NCBI GenBank assembly: GCA_028688015.1
Contig: JAQTZB010000012.1
Coordinates: 11,268-75,267 of the forward strand
DNA from: Elusimicrobiales bacterium
GTDB lineage: Bacteria > Elusimicrobiota > Elusimicrobia > Elusimicrobiales > UBA9959
Direction: 5' to 3'
Length of the DNA stretch: 64,000 nucleotides
The position numbers and the translations under genes were made by a program. Below, one piece after another: positions 46,132-55,384 of this stretch; position 1 is the stretch's first letter, and the number at the start of each line of letters is the position of its first letter. The notes below the pieces were generated by a model, which was not told the origin of the DNA, searched no databases, and worked only from the letters and a program-made list of their open reading frames with translations.

Positions 46132-47328
46132 TCAGCAGCAGCAGGCGCACTCGCTCTTGGGCGCGCCGGCGGCCTTCTTGGCCAGCGCGGCGGCCATGTC
46201 GGTCTTCTCCCAGGCGAAGCCGGTGCGGCCGAAGTGGCCGTAAGCGGCGGTCCTGCGGAAGACGGGCGCGCGCAGGTTCAGGGTCTCGATGATGCCCTTG
46301 GGCGTCAGCTTGAACAGCGCGCGAACGATCTGCACCAGCTTCTCGTCGGCGATGCGGCCGGTGCCGTGGGTGTCCACGTAGAGACCGACGGGCTCGGCCA
46401 CGCCGATGGCGTAGGCCAGCTGCACGGTGCACTCGCGGGCCAGCTTGGCGGCCACGATGTTTTTGGCGATGTAGCGGGCCATGTAGGCGGCGCTGCGGTC
46501 CACCTTCGTCGGATCCTTGCCGGAGAACGCGCCGCCGCCGTGCGGGGCCACGCCGCCGTAGGTGTCAACGATGATCTTGCGGCCGGTGACGCCGGTGTCC
46601 GACTGGGGCCCGCCGACGACGAACTTGCCGGTGGGGTTGATGAAGACCTTGGTGTTCTTGTCCATCATCTTTTTGTCGATGATGGGCGTGATCACGGCCT
46701 CGATGATCTCCTTGCGGGACTTCTCGGTGATCTGGTGGCCGGACTTGTCGAGGATCTCCTCGGTGTGCTGGGAGGAGACGACGATAGTCTCGATGCGCAC
46801 GGGCTCGCCGTCATGGTACTCGACGGTGACCTGGGTCTTGCCGTCGGGGCCGAGGTAGGGAAGGATGTTCTTCTTGCGGACCTCGGTGAGGCGCATGGAG
46901 AGGCGCTGGGCCAGCTGCAGGGGCAGGGGCATCAGCTCGGGGGTCTCGTCGGAAGCGTAGCCGACCATCAGGCCCTGGTCTCCGGCGCCGCCGGTGTCCA
47001 CGCCCTGGGCGATGTCGGGGCTCTGGCGGCCGATCACGTTGATCACGGCGCAGGTCTCGTAATTGAAGCCGTACTTGGCGTGGGTGTAGCCGATGTCTTT
47101 GATGACCTGGCGGGCCAGGGTGTCCACGTCCACGTAGGTGGTGGTGGTGATCTCGCCGCCCACGACGACCATGCCGCGGGTGATGAAGGTCTCGCAGGCC
47201 ACGCGGCCTTTCTTGTCGTCCTTCATGATGGCATCAAGGACCGCGTCCGAAATCTGGTCGCAAACCTTGTCGGGGTGACCCTCGGTCACCGATTCCGAGC
47301 TGACAAACCGCTTACCTTTGAAGTTCAT
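46132..47328 (-). CDS. metK: S-adenosylmethionine synthetase.
   Basis: [35 protein letters not shown] and [16 protein letters not shown]. Confidence 0.95.
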   Translation of the reverse strand: MNFKGKRFVSSESVTEGHPDKVCDQISDAVLDAIMKDDKKGRVACETFITRGMVVVGGEITTTTYVDVDTLARQVIKDIGYTHAKYGFNYETCAVINVIGRQSPDIAQGVDTGGAGDQGLMVGYASDETPELMPLPLQLAQRLSMRLTEVRKKNILPYLGPDGKTQVTVEYHDGEPVRIETIVVSSQHTEEILDKSGHQITEKSRKEIIEAVITPIIDKKMMDKNTKVFINPTGKFVVGGPQSDTGVTGRKIIVDTYGGVAPHGGGAFSGKDPTKVDRSAAYMARYIAKNIVAAKLARECTVQLAYAIGVAEPVGLYVDTHGTGRIADEKLVQIVRALFKLTPKGIIETLNLRAPVFRRTAAYGHFGRTGFAWEKTDMAAALAKKAAGAPKSECACCC

Positions 47329-47399
47329 GTTATATACCCTCCTGCAGATTATGTATAAATTATACTAATTTTCCCCAATATATTGCCTTAAACTCACCA

Positions 47400-47812
47400 A
47401 AAAGAGCCGCGGTGCCCGGTCGGAGCCAGCAGGGGAGCGGCGCTCGTGGGTGGCGGCCTACCGCAGGGACGGGGCCCGAAAAACCGCGGTCTCGCACACC
47501 GTGCTCGCCGCTGCCCGTCTCGGCCCTCGCGCTTACGCAAGCTCGGGCCTCCGACAGGCTTTTTCGGTCCCCATCCCTGCGGTCTCCGCTGGTTGCTCGC
47601 TTGGGGTAGTACTGACAAATGTACGGAGGGGACGGCAGGGGAGGGGTTCCGTGCGACTTTGGGGAGGGGGGCCCCGCCCTTAATTTCCCAAGGGCGGGGG
47701 GAACCGCGCAACGGTTCCCCTCTGCCCAGGAGCACGGGGCCCCTCCCCTGCTGGCACCGACTTCACTTCTCGCGGCCCCCCCCTCGCGGCAGGGCACCGA
47801 CCTCTATGCTGT
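47400..47812. other. ORF-poor, GC-rich, highly self-complementary intergenic segment. It is a candidate structured RNA or a cluster of palindromic elements; no class assigned.
   Basis: A 22-bp inverted repeat (47461-47482 with 47561-47582) and a 20-bp inverted repeat (47635-47654 with 47732-47751). A perfect 10-bp hairpin (47672-47681 with 47690-47699) and a 7-bp hairpin (47700-47706 with 47712-47718). Listed ORFs here are P/R/G-rich in several frames on both strands. Confidence 0.4.
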
Positions 47813-47820
47813 AAAAGCGA

Positions 47821-47844
47821 AAGGGCCGGCTTTCGCCGGCCCTT
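47821..47844 (-). terminator. Intrinsic terminator downstream of the phosphohexomutase gene.
   Basis: aagggccggc tttc gccggccctt. The minus strand continues tcgctttt. Confidence 0.5.
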
Positions 47845-47861
47845 TGCGGTTGCGGGTCGCC

Positions 47862-49274
47862 TTATTTGTGTTCGATCAGTTTGAAGGCGAGGTCGAGGAA
47901 CTTTTTGGTGTTCTCGGCGGTTTCGGTCTCGGCGTAGGTGCGCAGCAGCGGCTCGGTGCCGGACGGGCGCATGAGCACCCACCAGTCGTTGTCGAGCACG
48001 ATCTTCAGGCCGTCTATGGTGTTGGTCTCGGCTATCTTGTGGCCCAGCAGGATCTTGGGCAGCTTCTTCTTGATCTTCACAGCGAACGAGTGCTTGTTCG
48101 GGATGGCCTTCTCCAGCTTGAAGTCCCGCCGGATGAAAGCCGACTTGCCGTACTTCTTCTCGATGGCCGCGTACATCTCCGACACCGTCTTGCCGGTCTT
48201 CACCGCCATCTCCATAAAGAACAGCGCCGTCAGCGAGCCGTCGCGTTCGGGCAGGTTGCCCTTCCAGGTGTAGCCGCCCGACTCCTCCACGCCGAAAGTC
48301 ACGTCCTCATTGAGCATCTTCTCCGCGATGTACTTGAACCCGACGAGCGTTTCCTCGAAGGGCAGGTTCGCCGTCCGCGCTATGCGCTTGGTCAGGTAGC
48401 CCATAGACACCGCCTGCGCGATCTTGCCCTTGTACTTGCCCGTAGCGAGCAGGTGCTCCAGGATCAGCGGCGCCGTTTGGCAAGGCGTCATATACACGCC
48501 CTTGTCCGACACCAGCGCGAAGCGGTCCGCGTCGCCATCCAGCGCCACGCCGAACAGCGCCTTGTGCTTCTTCACGGCGGCGATCAGTTCCTGCATGTTC
48601 TTCTCGACCGGCTCCGGGGCCATGCCGCCGAACAGCGGGTCGTGCCGCTCGCGCAGCTTTATAATATTCTTGGAGTTGAACAGCGCCGCGGCCGTCTCCG
48701 CCCCCACGCCGTGCATGAAATCTATCACCACCGGGCCCTTCAGCTTGGCCAGTGTCCTGGCAGCGTTCACGCGCGAGTTCAGATACTCCACGTAGATCGG
48801 GCGGAAATCCTTGACCGGCAGCGGGGCGCCGCTGGGCTTCATCGGCACGGCCTTGGCCACGTAGCTCTCGATATCGGCCGTCACTGACGGCGGGGCCGAG
48901 CGCCCGTTCTGCTTCACCTTGATGCCGTTCCAATAATGGTTGTTATGGCTGGCGGTGATCACCACGCCCAGGCCGTACCCCTTGGTGGTCAGCAGGCTGA
49001 CCGCCGGCGTAGGCAGCGGCGTGGCGCTCAGCGTGACGTTAAGGCCGTTGGCGGCCAGCACCTCGGCTAGCGTCCGGGCGAAGCGGTCCGACATGAAGCG
49101 GCGGTCGTAGCCCACGGCCACGGCGGGCTTTTCCATGCGCATGTATTTGTAGGAGATATAATCGGCCATGCCCTGCGCGGTCTTGCGCACCACGTCGTAA
49201 GTGAAATCCTTGGCTATCAGACCGCGAAAACCGTCCGTGCCGAAAGAAATGTGATTCGCCTGATGGGAACTCAT
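47862..49274 (-). CDS. Alpha-D-phosphohexomutase (phosphoglucomutase / phosphomannomutase family).
   Basis: FGTDGFRG, ITASHN (phospho-Ser loop) and ALDGDADR (metal loop). Confidence 0.88.
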   Translation of the reverse strand: MSSHQANHISFGTDGFRGLIAKDFTYDVVRKTAQGMADYISYKYMRMEKPAVAVGYDRRFMSDRFARTLAEVLAANGLNVTLSATPLPTPAVSLLTTKGYGLGVVITASHNNHYWNGIKVKQNGRSAPPSVTADIESYVAKAVPMKPSGAPLPVKDFRPIYVEYLNSRVNAARTLAKLKGPVVIDFMHGVGAETAAALFNSKNIIKLRERHDPLFGGMAPEPVEKNMQELIAAVKKHKALFGVALDGDADRFALVSDKGVYMTPCQTAPLILEHLLATGKYKGKIAQAVSMGYLTKRIARTANLPFEETLVGFKYIAEKMLNEDVTFGVEESGGYTWKGNLPERDGSLTALFFMEMAVKTGKTVSEMYAAIEKKYGKSAFIRRDFKLEKAIPNKHSFAVKIKKKLPKILLGHKIAETNTIDGLKIVLDNDWWVLMRPSGTEPLLRTYAETETAENTKKFLDLAFKLIEHK

Positions 49275-49349
49275 TGTGCTCTCCTTAGGACGGCGACTGG
49301 CCGGCCCTTGTCAACAAGGGCTATATATTATTAAAAATATAGAGGAAAC

Positions 49350-50465
49350 TCAAACAGGCAGGCCGAGGCGGGCCAGCAGGCCGGGCAGAGCCGCGGCCGC
49401 CGCCCGCTCCAGGGCCAGGGCCGGGCGGGGCGACAAGCCCGACTCGATAACTCCAGCCACGCCGCGCCGCGCCAGCGCGCCCGCGGGGACCAGCGAACTG
49501 CCGCAGACCACCAGGGCCGGTACTCCCAGCCGCCGGGCTGCCGCCAGCGCCGAGCCGGGGGCCTTGCCGTAAAAAGTCTGCTCGTCAAAACGCCCCTCGC
49601 CGGTTATCAGCAGGCGGGCCCGCGCCAGCCTGCCCTCAAAACCGGTCCGCTGAAGCACGAAGGCGGCCCCGTCGTCGAGCTCCGCGCCGAAGAAAGCGGC
49701 CAGGCCCGCGCCCAGACCGCCAGCGGCCGCGCCGCCGCGCAGGCGCGCCGCGTCCACCGCCAGCGAATTTTCCAGTACCCGCGCGTAGCCCCGCAGCGCC
49801 CGCTCCAGAAAAGCCACTTCGCGGGGGCGCGCCCCCTTCTGGGGGCCGAAGACGCGGGCCGAGCCGAGCCGCCCGCAGAGCGGGTTCCTCACGTCGGCCA
49901 GGCCGGTCACCCGCACGCCCTTCAGCCGCGCCCGCGCCTCCCCGGGAAAGATCGCGGCCAGCGCCGGGAGCCCGCGAGCGCCAGGAGGTATCTCCCGCCC
50001 GCGGGCGTCGCACAGGGAAAAACCGAAGGCTTGCGCGCAGCCGGCGCCCCCGTCGTTAGAGGCGCTTCCGCCCAGGCCCACTATGAGCTCCCGCGCGCCG
50101 CGCCGCGCGGCTTCCAGCATCAGCTGGCCGACGCCGCGCGTGGAGGCGTCCAGCGGCCTCAGTTCAGCTCCGGCCAGGCGCCGCAGCCCTGCGGCCTCCG
50201 CCATCTCTATCACGGCGGTGCGCCCCGCCAGCAGCCAGCGCGCCCGCAGGCGGGCGCCCAGCGGCCCCTCGACGCGGCTGGCCATCATCTTCCCCCCCAG
50301 CGCCGGGGCCAGCGCCTCCAGCAGCCCGTCGCCCCCGTCGGCGATGGGCAGCACTTCGGCGCGGGCGCGGGGACACGCGGCGCGCAGCGCGCGGGCCACG
50401 GCCGCGCCGGCCTCGGCGGCGGTCAGCGTGCCCTTGAACGCGTTGGGGGCTATCAAAACCTTCAT
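49350..50465 (-). CDS. Glycerate kinase.
   Basis: MKVLIAPNAFKGTLTAAEA...LPIADGGDGLLEAL is the typical N-terminus of this family. Confidence 0.85.
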   Translation of the reverse strand: MKVLIAPNAFKGTLTAAEAGAAVARALRAACPRARAEVLPIADGGDGLLEALAPALGGKMMASRVEGPLGARLRARWLLAGRTAVIEMAEAAGLRRLAGAELRPLDASTRGVGQLMLEAARRGARELIVGLGGSASNDGGAGCAQAFGFSLCDARGREIPPGARGLPALAAIFPGEARARLKGVRVTGLADVRNPLCGRLGSARVFGPQKGARPREVAFLERALRGYARVLENSLAVDAARLRGGAAAGGLGAGLAAFFGAELDDGAAFVLQRTGFEGRLARARLLITGEGRFDEQTFYGKAPGSALAAARRLGVPALVVCGSSLVPAGALARRGVAGVIESGLSPRPALALERAAAAALPGLLARLGLPV

Positions 50466-50509
50466 GCCTAAATGATAGAATAAGTGGGAGCGGATATCGA
50501 AATTTAAGA

Positions 50510-51166
50510 ATGGAAAACAAGAAACCGGTCATAGTCTACCGCTACGGCAGCGGCCTCTACGTCAACCTGACCAACAGGTGTCCTACAGCCTGCGCCTTCT
50601 GCGTAAAGAACGCGTGGAAGATGGACTACCGCGGCAGCGACCTGGACCTGCGCGGCACCGAGCCGGCCCCGGCGGAAGTCATAGCCCTGGCCAAAGAAGC
50701 CTGGGCCGCCGGCCCCTTCTCGGAGCTGGTCTTCTGCGGCTACGGCGAGCCGACCATGCGCCTGGAGGCCCTGCTCGCCTGCGCGCGCCTCATCCGCACC
50801 GGCCGGGCCGAGCCCCTGCCCAGGAATCTCCGCATCCGCCTCAACACCAACGGCCTGGCCAACGCCGTCTGGGGCCGCAACGTCGTGCCCGAGATGAAGG
50901 GCCTGATAGATTCCGTGCACGTCAGCCTCAATACCTCCGACCCGGCGCAGTGGCGGGAGCTCATGCGCCCCCTTGAGCCCTGGGCCGCCACCGGCTTCGA
51001 GAAAGTCAAAGAATTCATCCGCGAAGCGTCGCTGCTGCTGCCCGAAACCGTCGCCACCGCAGTCGAGGGCCCGCAGCTGGACTCCGCGGCCTTCCGCGCG
51101 CTGGCGGAGCGCCTGGGGGCCGAGGTACGGCTGCGGCCGCGCCTCGAGACGGAGGCCGGCAAATGA
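50510..51166 (+). CDS. Small radical SAM protein. It resembles the TatD-associated radical SAM family as I recall it.
   Basis: NRCPTACAFC (CX3CX2C) and FCGYGEP. About 218 aa. Confidence 0.7.
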   Translation: MENKKPVIVYRYGSGLYVNLTNRCPTACAFCVKNAWKMDYRGSDLDLRGTEPAPAEVIALAKEAWAAGPFSELVFCGYGEPTMRLEALLACARLIRTGRAEPLPRNLRIRLNTNGLANAVWGRNVVPEMKGLIDSVHVSLNTSDPAQWRELMRPLEPWAATGFEKVKEFIREASLLLPETVATAVEGPQLDSAAFRALAERLGAEVRLRPRLETEAGK

Positions 51167-51627
51167 TAGAGCGCAAGGCAATGCTGCTGCTGCTGGCCGC
51201 CGCGGCCCTGGCGCTGGTCAGCGTACCGAGCGTGATGTTCAGCAGCGCCTTCAAAAAGTATTTCAGCTTCGTCGGCCACTGGAGCGTGGCCAGCGTGAAG
51301 CCCTCCCGCACCGCCATCCTCCCGCCGCTGCACCAGCGGGCCGACCGCCCCTCCGAACCGCCGCAGCCCGAGCTGCGCTTCGTTAAATTTTCGGTGAAGA
51401 TAGCCGGGGCGAAGGACGTCCGTATAGCCGGCGACTTCAACAAGTGGAACCCCGACGCCCTGGCCCTGCTCAAGAAGGACGCCAAGACCTGGGAAGCGCT
51501 GCTGCCGCTGCCGCCCGGCAGGTACAAATACATCTGCCGCGTGGATGGCCAGGACGTGCTGGACCCGCTCAACCCGGAAACGGACACGGAAGCCGGGCGC
51601 AAAGTTTCGGTACTGACAGTAAAATGA
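51163..51627 (+). CDS. Membrane-anchored protein with a CBM48 / AMPK-beta glycogen-binding-like module.
   Basis: VRIAGDFNKWNPDALALLKKDAKTWEALLPLPPGRYKYICRVDGQDVLDPLNPE. ATGA overlap with the radical SAM gene. Confidence 0.65.
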   Translation: MIERKAMLLLLAAAALALVSVPSVMFSSAFKKYFSFVGHWSVASVKPSRTAILPPLHQRADRPSEPPQPELRFVKFSVKIAGAKDVRIAGDFNKWNPDALALLKKDAKTWEALLPLPPGRYKYICRVDGQDVLDPLNPETDTEAGRKVSVLTVK

Positions 51628-53309
51628 CGCCTTTTAAAGATCTCTGCCTCGCGGCCGCCCTGCTGCTGACGCCCTCCTTCGCGGGCGCGCAGCAGGCCCT
51701 GTTGTGGGTGCCAGCCGGAGAGGCCGGCGCGGAAGAGATCCTTTCCCTGCTGGAAAACGGCAAGGACCTGCGCCTAACCGCCGCTTTCCCCGCCCTGCCT
51801 AAAACGCTCGCGGAGCGCATCAAGAAGCTGGAGAAGGACGGCCGCCTGGAGCTGGCGCTGCGTCCCGCGGGCGACCCGCCGCTGCCGCTGCTCTACTACC
51901 CCGCCGCGCCCGAAGTGCGCTGGGCCGGCAAACCCTCCACCTCCGCGCTCTACACCGACCAGTATTTCCTGATGCTGCGGCTGGCCCAGGCGCGGGACGC
52001 CGCGGTCCGGGCCCTGAAGAAGAGCCCGGCCGGGCTGGTCTCGCCCCCCGGCGGCCTCGCGTCGGATTACTTCCCCATCGCCAAGGCGCTGGGCGTCAGG
52101 TGGATAGCCTGCGGGCCGCTGGCCAGCACCGCCGCCGCCGTCCTGGAGAACGGCGGCGTCTACGCCGTACCCTTCGTGAACTTCTCAACCGCGCCGCAAG
52201 CCGGCCCCGCCTTCACCCTTTTCGACGAGACCGCAGCCGCCGACCCGGCCGCGCTGCGGGCCCTGCTGGCTGAGGAGCTCAAGGCCTCGGTGCCCCAGCG
52301 GCGCCTGACGGTCTCGGAAGCCATCGCCCTGGCCGTCTCCACACCGGCCGCGGCGGCCGATATTTCAGCCGCCGCCGCGCCGTGGAGCGGGGACTATTCT
52401 CCCTGGGCCAGTTCGCCCGCCCAGGCCGGCGCGCTGGCCGCGCTGGCGCAGACCCGCGAGGCGCTGATGCTGCACCTCAACTCCGCGCAGGGCAATTACC
52501 TGCAGGCCGCGCCGGCCTTCGACGAATACTTCACCGCCGAGGACGGACGCAAACTGCTGGAGCTGGCCTCGGCAGACCAGGAGACCGCCAGCGAGACGGA
52601 GATAGAGCTCCGCAGCGCGCTCGCCAACGCCTTCCGGCTGATGCAGAAGCCCGCGCCCCCCTGGGCCTTCTCCAGCCTCGCCGACGCCATCTCCGCTCCG
52701 CAGCAGGCCGACAAGCTGCAGGTTTCCAGGCTGCCCGGCGGCTTCTCCCTGAAGAACCTTTCCCGGCCCGCAACGCCCCCGGCCAAGACCCTCCGCCTGC
52801 CCGATTCGGCCGACCCGGCCAAGATCTGGAAGCTGGACGGCCTCAAGGTAGTCTCGTCGCCGGAAGGCGTACTCTTTCAATTCGCGCCGGGCGCGCTGGA
52901 CAACGCCCTGCGGGAACCCTCGGGTTTCAGCCATATCCGGCTGGACCTGTACATAGACGTCAACCACCGGCCCCGCGCCGGCATGACGCGCCCGCTGGAA
53001 GGCCGCCCGTACAGGATCTACCCAGAAAGCGCCTGGGAATACGCGCTGGAGGTGACGCCGGACGGTGCCAAGCTTTACAAGACCACGCCCAGGGGGCCGG
53101 CGCCAGCCGGCTCTTACCCGGCGAAAGCCGAGGACGGGTGGATAAGCGTGCAGGTGCCGGCCTCGGCGCTGAAGGGCAGCCCCGCGCTGTGGGGCTACGC
53201 CGCGCTGCTGCTGGCCCCGAAGGCGGGCGGCGGGTACGCCGTCACCGATTACATAGCGGAAGAGATCGCGGGCGGTTACATCTACGCCGTGCAGCCCGCG
53301 CGGAAATAA
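51624..53309 (+). CDS. Secreted hypothetical protein. The C-terminal region is reminiscent of glucodextranase-like beta-sandwich domains.
   Basis: Internal start MTPFKDLCLAAALLLTPSFAGAQQ (signal peptide) overlaps the upstream stop (ATGA). The domain call is weak. Confidence 0.45.
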   Translation: MTPFKDLCLAAALLLTPSFAGAQQALLWVPAGEAGAEEILSLLENGKDLRLTAAFPALPKTLAERIKKLEKDGRLELALRPAGDPPLPLLYYPAAPEVRWAGKPSTSALYTDQYFLMLRLAQARDAAVRALKKSPAGLVSPPGGLASDYFPIAKALGVRWIACGPLASTAAAVLENGGVYAVPFVNFSTAPQAGPAFTLFDETAAADPAALRALLAEELKASVPQRRLTVSEAIALAVSTPAAAADISAAAAPWSGDYSPWASSPAQAGALAALAQTREALMLHLNSAQGNYLQAAPAFDEYFTAEDGRKLLELASADQETASETEIELRSALANAFRLMQKPAPPWAFSSLADAISAPQQADKLQVSRLPGGFSLKNLSRPATPPAKTLRLPDSADPAKIWKLDGLKVVSSPEGVLFQFAPGALDNALREPSGFSHIRLDLYIDVNHRPRAGMTRPLEGRPYRIYPESAWEYALEVTPDGAKLYKTTPRGPAPAGSYPAKAEDGWISVQVPASALKGSPALWGYAALLLAPKAGGGYAVTDYIAEEIAGGYIYAVQPARK

Positions 53310-53333
53310 TTTCCAAACATACGGGGAGGGGAT

Positions 53334-54092
53334 ATGACCGACAGGGATAAAATAGTTTCTTTCGTTGACGCCTACCTGGACTCAGCGAAGGTCAGGGACG
53401 CCTCGCTCAACGGCCTGCAGGCCGAGGGCAAAACCGGAGTAAAGAAGATCGCCTTCGGCGTCTCCGCCTCGCTGGAATGCATAAAGCGCGCCGCAGCCTG
53501 CGGCGCGGACATGCTGATAGTCCACCACGGCCTGCTGTGGAAAGGGCACACGCAGCCCGTGACAGGCCCGCTCAAGCGCAAGCTGGAAACCCTCTTTACC
53601 GCCGGGCTGTCCCTGTGCGCCTGGCACTTGCCGCTGGACAAGCACCCGGTGGTCGGCAACAACGCCCGGCTGCTGGCCCTGCTCGGCGCTAAAAAGCTGA
53701 AGCCTTTCGGGGCCTACGAGGGCGAGACCATCGGTTTCAGCGGCACGCTGCCCGGGCCCCTGGCCATCGGCGACATCGCAGCTGCGCTGGCGATAAAGCT
53801 GGACGCCGAGCCGCTCTGCTTCCGCTTCGGCGCGGAGAAGATCCGCACCGTCGGCGTTGTCAGCGGCGGCGCGGCCCGCATGTTCGAGCAGGCCCCAGCC
53901 GCCGGGCTGGATCTCTACCTCACCGGCGAGCCGGGCGAGTGGGTGCAGGAGTTCGCGCGCGAGACCCGCTCCAACTTCATAGCCGCGGGGCACTACAACA
54001 CCGAGAAGCCCGGCGTGCAGGCGCTGGCCGGCGTGCTGGAAAAGAAGTTCCGCGTGAAGACCGAATTCATAGACATCCCCAACCCGGCCTGA
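53334..54092 (+). CDS. Nif3-like dinuclear metal centre protein.
   Basis: DASLNGLQ...KKIAFGVSASLECIKRAAACGADMLIVHHGLLW and C-terminal AGHYNTE. Confidence 0.85.
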   Translation: MTDRDKIVSFVDAYLDSAKVRDASLNGLQAEGKTGVKKIAFGVSASLECIKRAAACGADMLIVHHGLLWKGHTQPVTGPLKRKLETLFTAGLSLCAWHLPLDKHPVVGNNARLLALLGAKKLKPFGAYEGETIGFSGTLPGPLAIGDIAAALAIKLDAEPLCFRFGAEKIRTVGVVSGGAARMFEQAPAAGLDLYLTGEPGEWVQEFARETRSNFIAAGHYNTEKPGVQALAGVLEKKFRVKTEFIDIPNPA

Positions 54093-54113
54093 GTCCGGCG
54101 GGAAGCAGCGAGC

Positions 54114-54142
54114 GCCGCGGGGAGGGCCCCGCGGCTTTTTTT
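54114..54142 (+). terminator. Intrinsic terminator.
   Basis: gccgcgggg aggg ccccgcggc ttttttt. Confidence 0.6.
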
Positions 54143-54151
54143 GCGGGAGTT

Positions 54152-55384
54152 TCAGGCTTTTTCGGAGCTGATCCGCGGGATCAGCAGCACCGCGAAGGAC
54201 AGCGCCAGCGTGGCCCCGGCGTTCAGCCCCAGGCAGAAATCCACCGAATATTTTTCAGCCAGCAGGCCGTTGGTCATGAAGGCCAGCGGCATCACGGCGT
54301 AGGCCAGCGTGGTCAGCACGGAGAAGAACCTGCCCTTCATCTCGTCGGGCACGGTGGACTGGAACAGGGTGATCGCCAGCGTGTTGCCGCCCCCCAGCGC
54401 CGCCCCGCCGGCGAACAGAATGGCGCAGACCAGGTATTTATCCGCGGCGAAATAGAGTCCCGTAAAGCTCAGCCCCACCACCAGCACCGAAGCGAACAGC
54501 CAGCGGTAAATGCTGCCGCGCGCCTCCCTGAAGCTCAGGTACCCCGCCAGCGCCGCCGAGCCGCCGGCGAAGAAGGTCTCGAACACCGCCAACCAGGTCA
54601 CCGACGCCCCCAGCTTGAACTTGACTATCATCGGGATCAGGATCAGGATGGGCGAGACGAAGAAATTGAAGGCCGCGAAGGTCAGGATCAGCGACAGCAG
54701 CGGCTTGTTGCCGAAGGTGTAGGCGAGGCCTTCCCTGAACTCAGCGACGAACGAACTTTCGGTCCGCTCCTCCGGCTCCAGCGGCGTCCCGATCCCCCAC
54801 ACCGCCGCGAAAGAGGCCGCGTAACCGGCCGCGTTGAACAGGAAAGCACCCGCCACGCCCGCGGCCGCCATCAGCACGCTGCCCAGCGCCGAGCCCACCA
54901 CGTTGGAGAGCTGCAGCACCGAGGCGTCGGCCGCCACGGCCTGCGGCATTTTTTCTTCCGAGGTGAGCTTCAGGATCGAGGCCGCCACTGCGGACTCGAA
55001 CAGGGGCCCGAAGCCGGAGATCAGGAAGCAGATGGCGTAGAGCCAGTAGAGGTTCAGCCGGCCGCTCCACAGCAGCAGGCCCAGCGCCAGCACCAGCGCC
55101 GCGCGCGCCCCGTCGGCGGCCAGCATCACGGCGCGCTTGTTGGACCGGTCCGACAGCGTGCCCAGCAGCGGCCCGAACAGGATCACCGGCAGCACGTTGA
55201 CCGCCATGACGAGCCCGAGGTGGAACTTGGACTTGTCCCCCGCCTCCGACAGCACCCACCACGCGATGGCGATGGAAAAGAACTTGTCGCCCACGGCGGA
55301 GATCACGCGTCCGGCGAAGAGGCGGCGAAAATCCGGGAACAGCGCGAGCGGGTGGGTTTTGAGGCTGCCGATTATTTCGCGCAC
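54152..55384 (-). CDS. MFS transporter.
   Basis: About 12 hydrophobic helices. The GPLLGTLSDRSNKR loop matches the MFS motif A position. Confidence 0.8.
   Translation of the reverse strand: MREIIGSLKTHPLALFPDFRRLFAGRVISAVGDKFFSIAIAWWVLSEAGDKSKFHLGLVMAVNVLPVILFGPLLGTLSDRSNKRAVMLAADGARAALVLALGLLLWSGRLNLYWLYAICFLISGFGPLFESAVAASILKLTSEEKMPQAVAADASVLQLSNVVGSALGSVLMAAAGVAGAFLFNAAGYAASFAAVWGIGTPLEPEERTESSFVAEFREGLAYTFGNKPLLSLILTFAAFNFFVSPILILIPMIVKFKLGASVTWLAVFETFFAGGSAALAGYLSFREARGSIYRWLFASVLVVGLSFTGLYFAADKYLVCAILFAGGAALGGGNTLAITLFQSTVPDEMKGRFFSVLTTLAYAVMPLAFMTNGLLAEKYSVDFCLGLNAGATLALSFAVLLIPRISSEKA

Noticed and set aside
47340-47400. metK promoter (TATAAT at 47364-47359 on the minus strand).
   Set aside because: No acceptable -35 hexamer at 16-19 nt spacing and no TGn extension. 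It is kept only as context in the structured-region finding.
47400-47812. Identity of the structured segment as RNase P RNA, tmRNA, SRP RNA or a SAM-I riboswitch.
   Set aside because: By eye, on either strand, I could not find any of the expected signatures:
- the GAGGAAAGUCCGG and ACAGAACCCGGC P4 strands of RNase P RNA;
- a tRNA-like GGUUCGA...CCA end or a tag ORF, as in tmRNA;
- the GGAAGCAGCC SRP motif;
- the ordered GGAGGGA...GGCCC...GCAACC...GGUGC elements of the SAM-I core.
A covariance-model scan is still needed.
47360-47814. Several 100-145 aa ORFs on both strands in the metK-pgm spacer.
   Set aside because: There are overlapping frames on both strands, Pro/Gly/Arg-dominated sequences and no ribosome-binding sites. 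The region is better explained by its dense inverted repeats.
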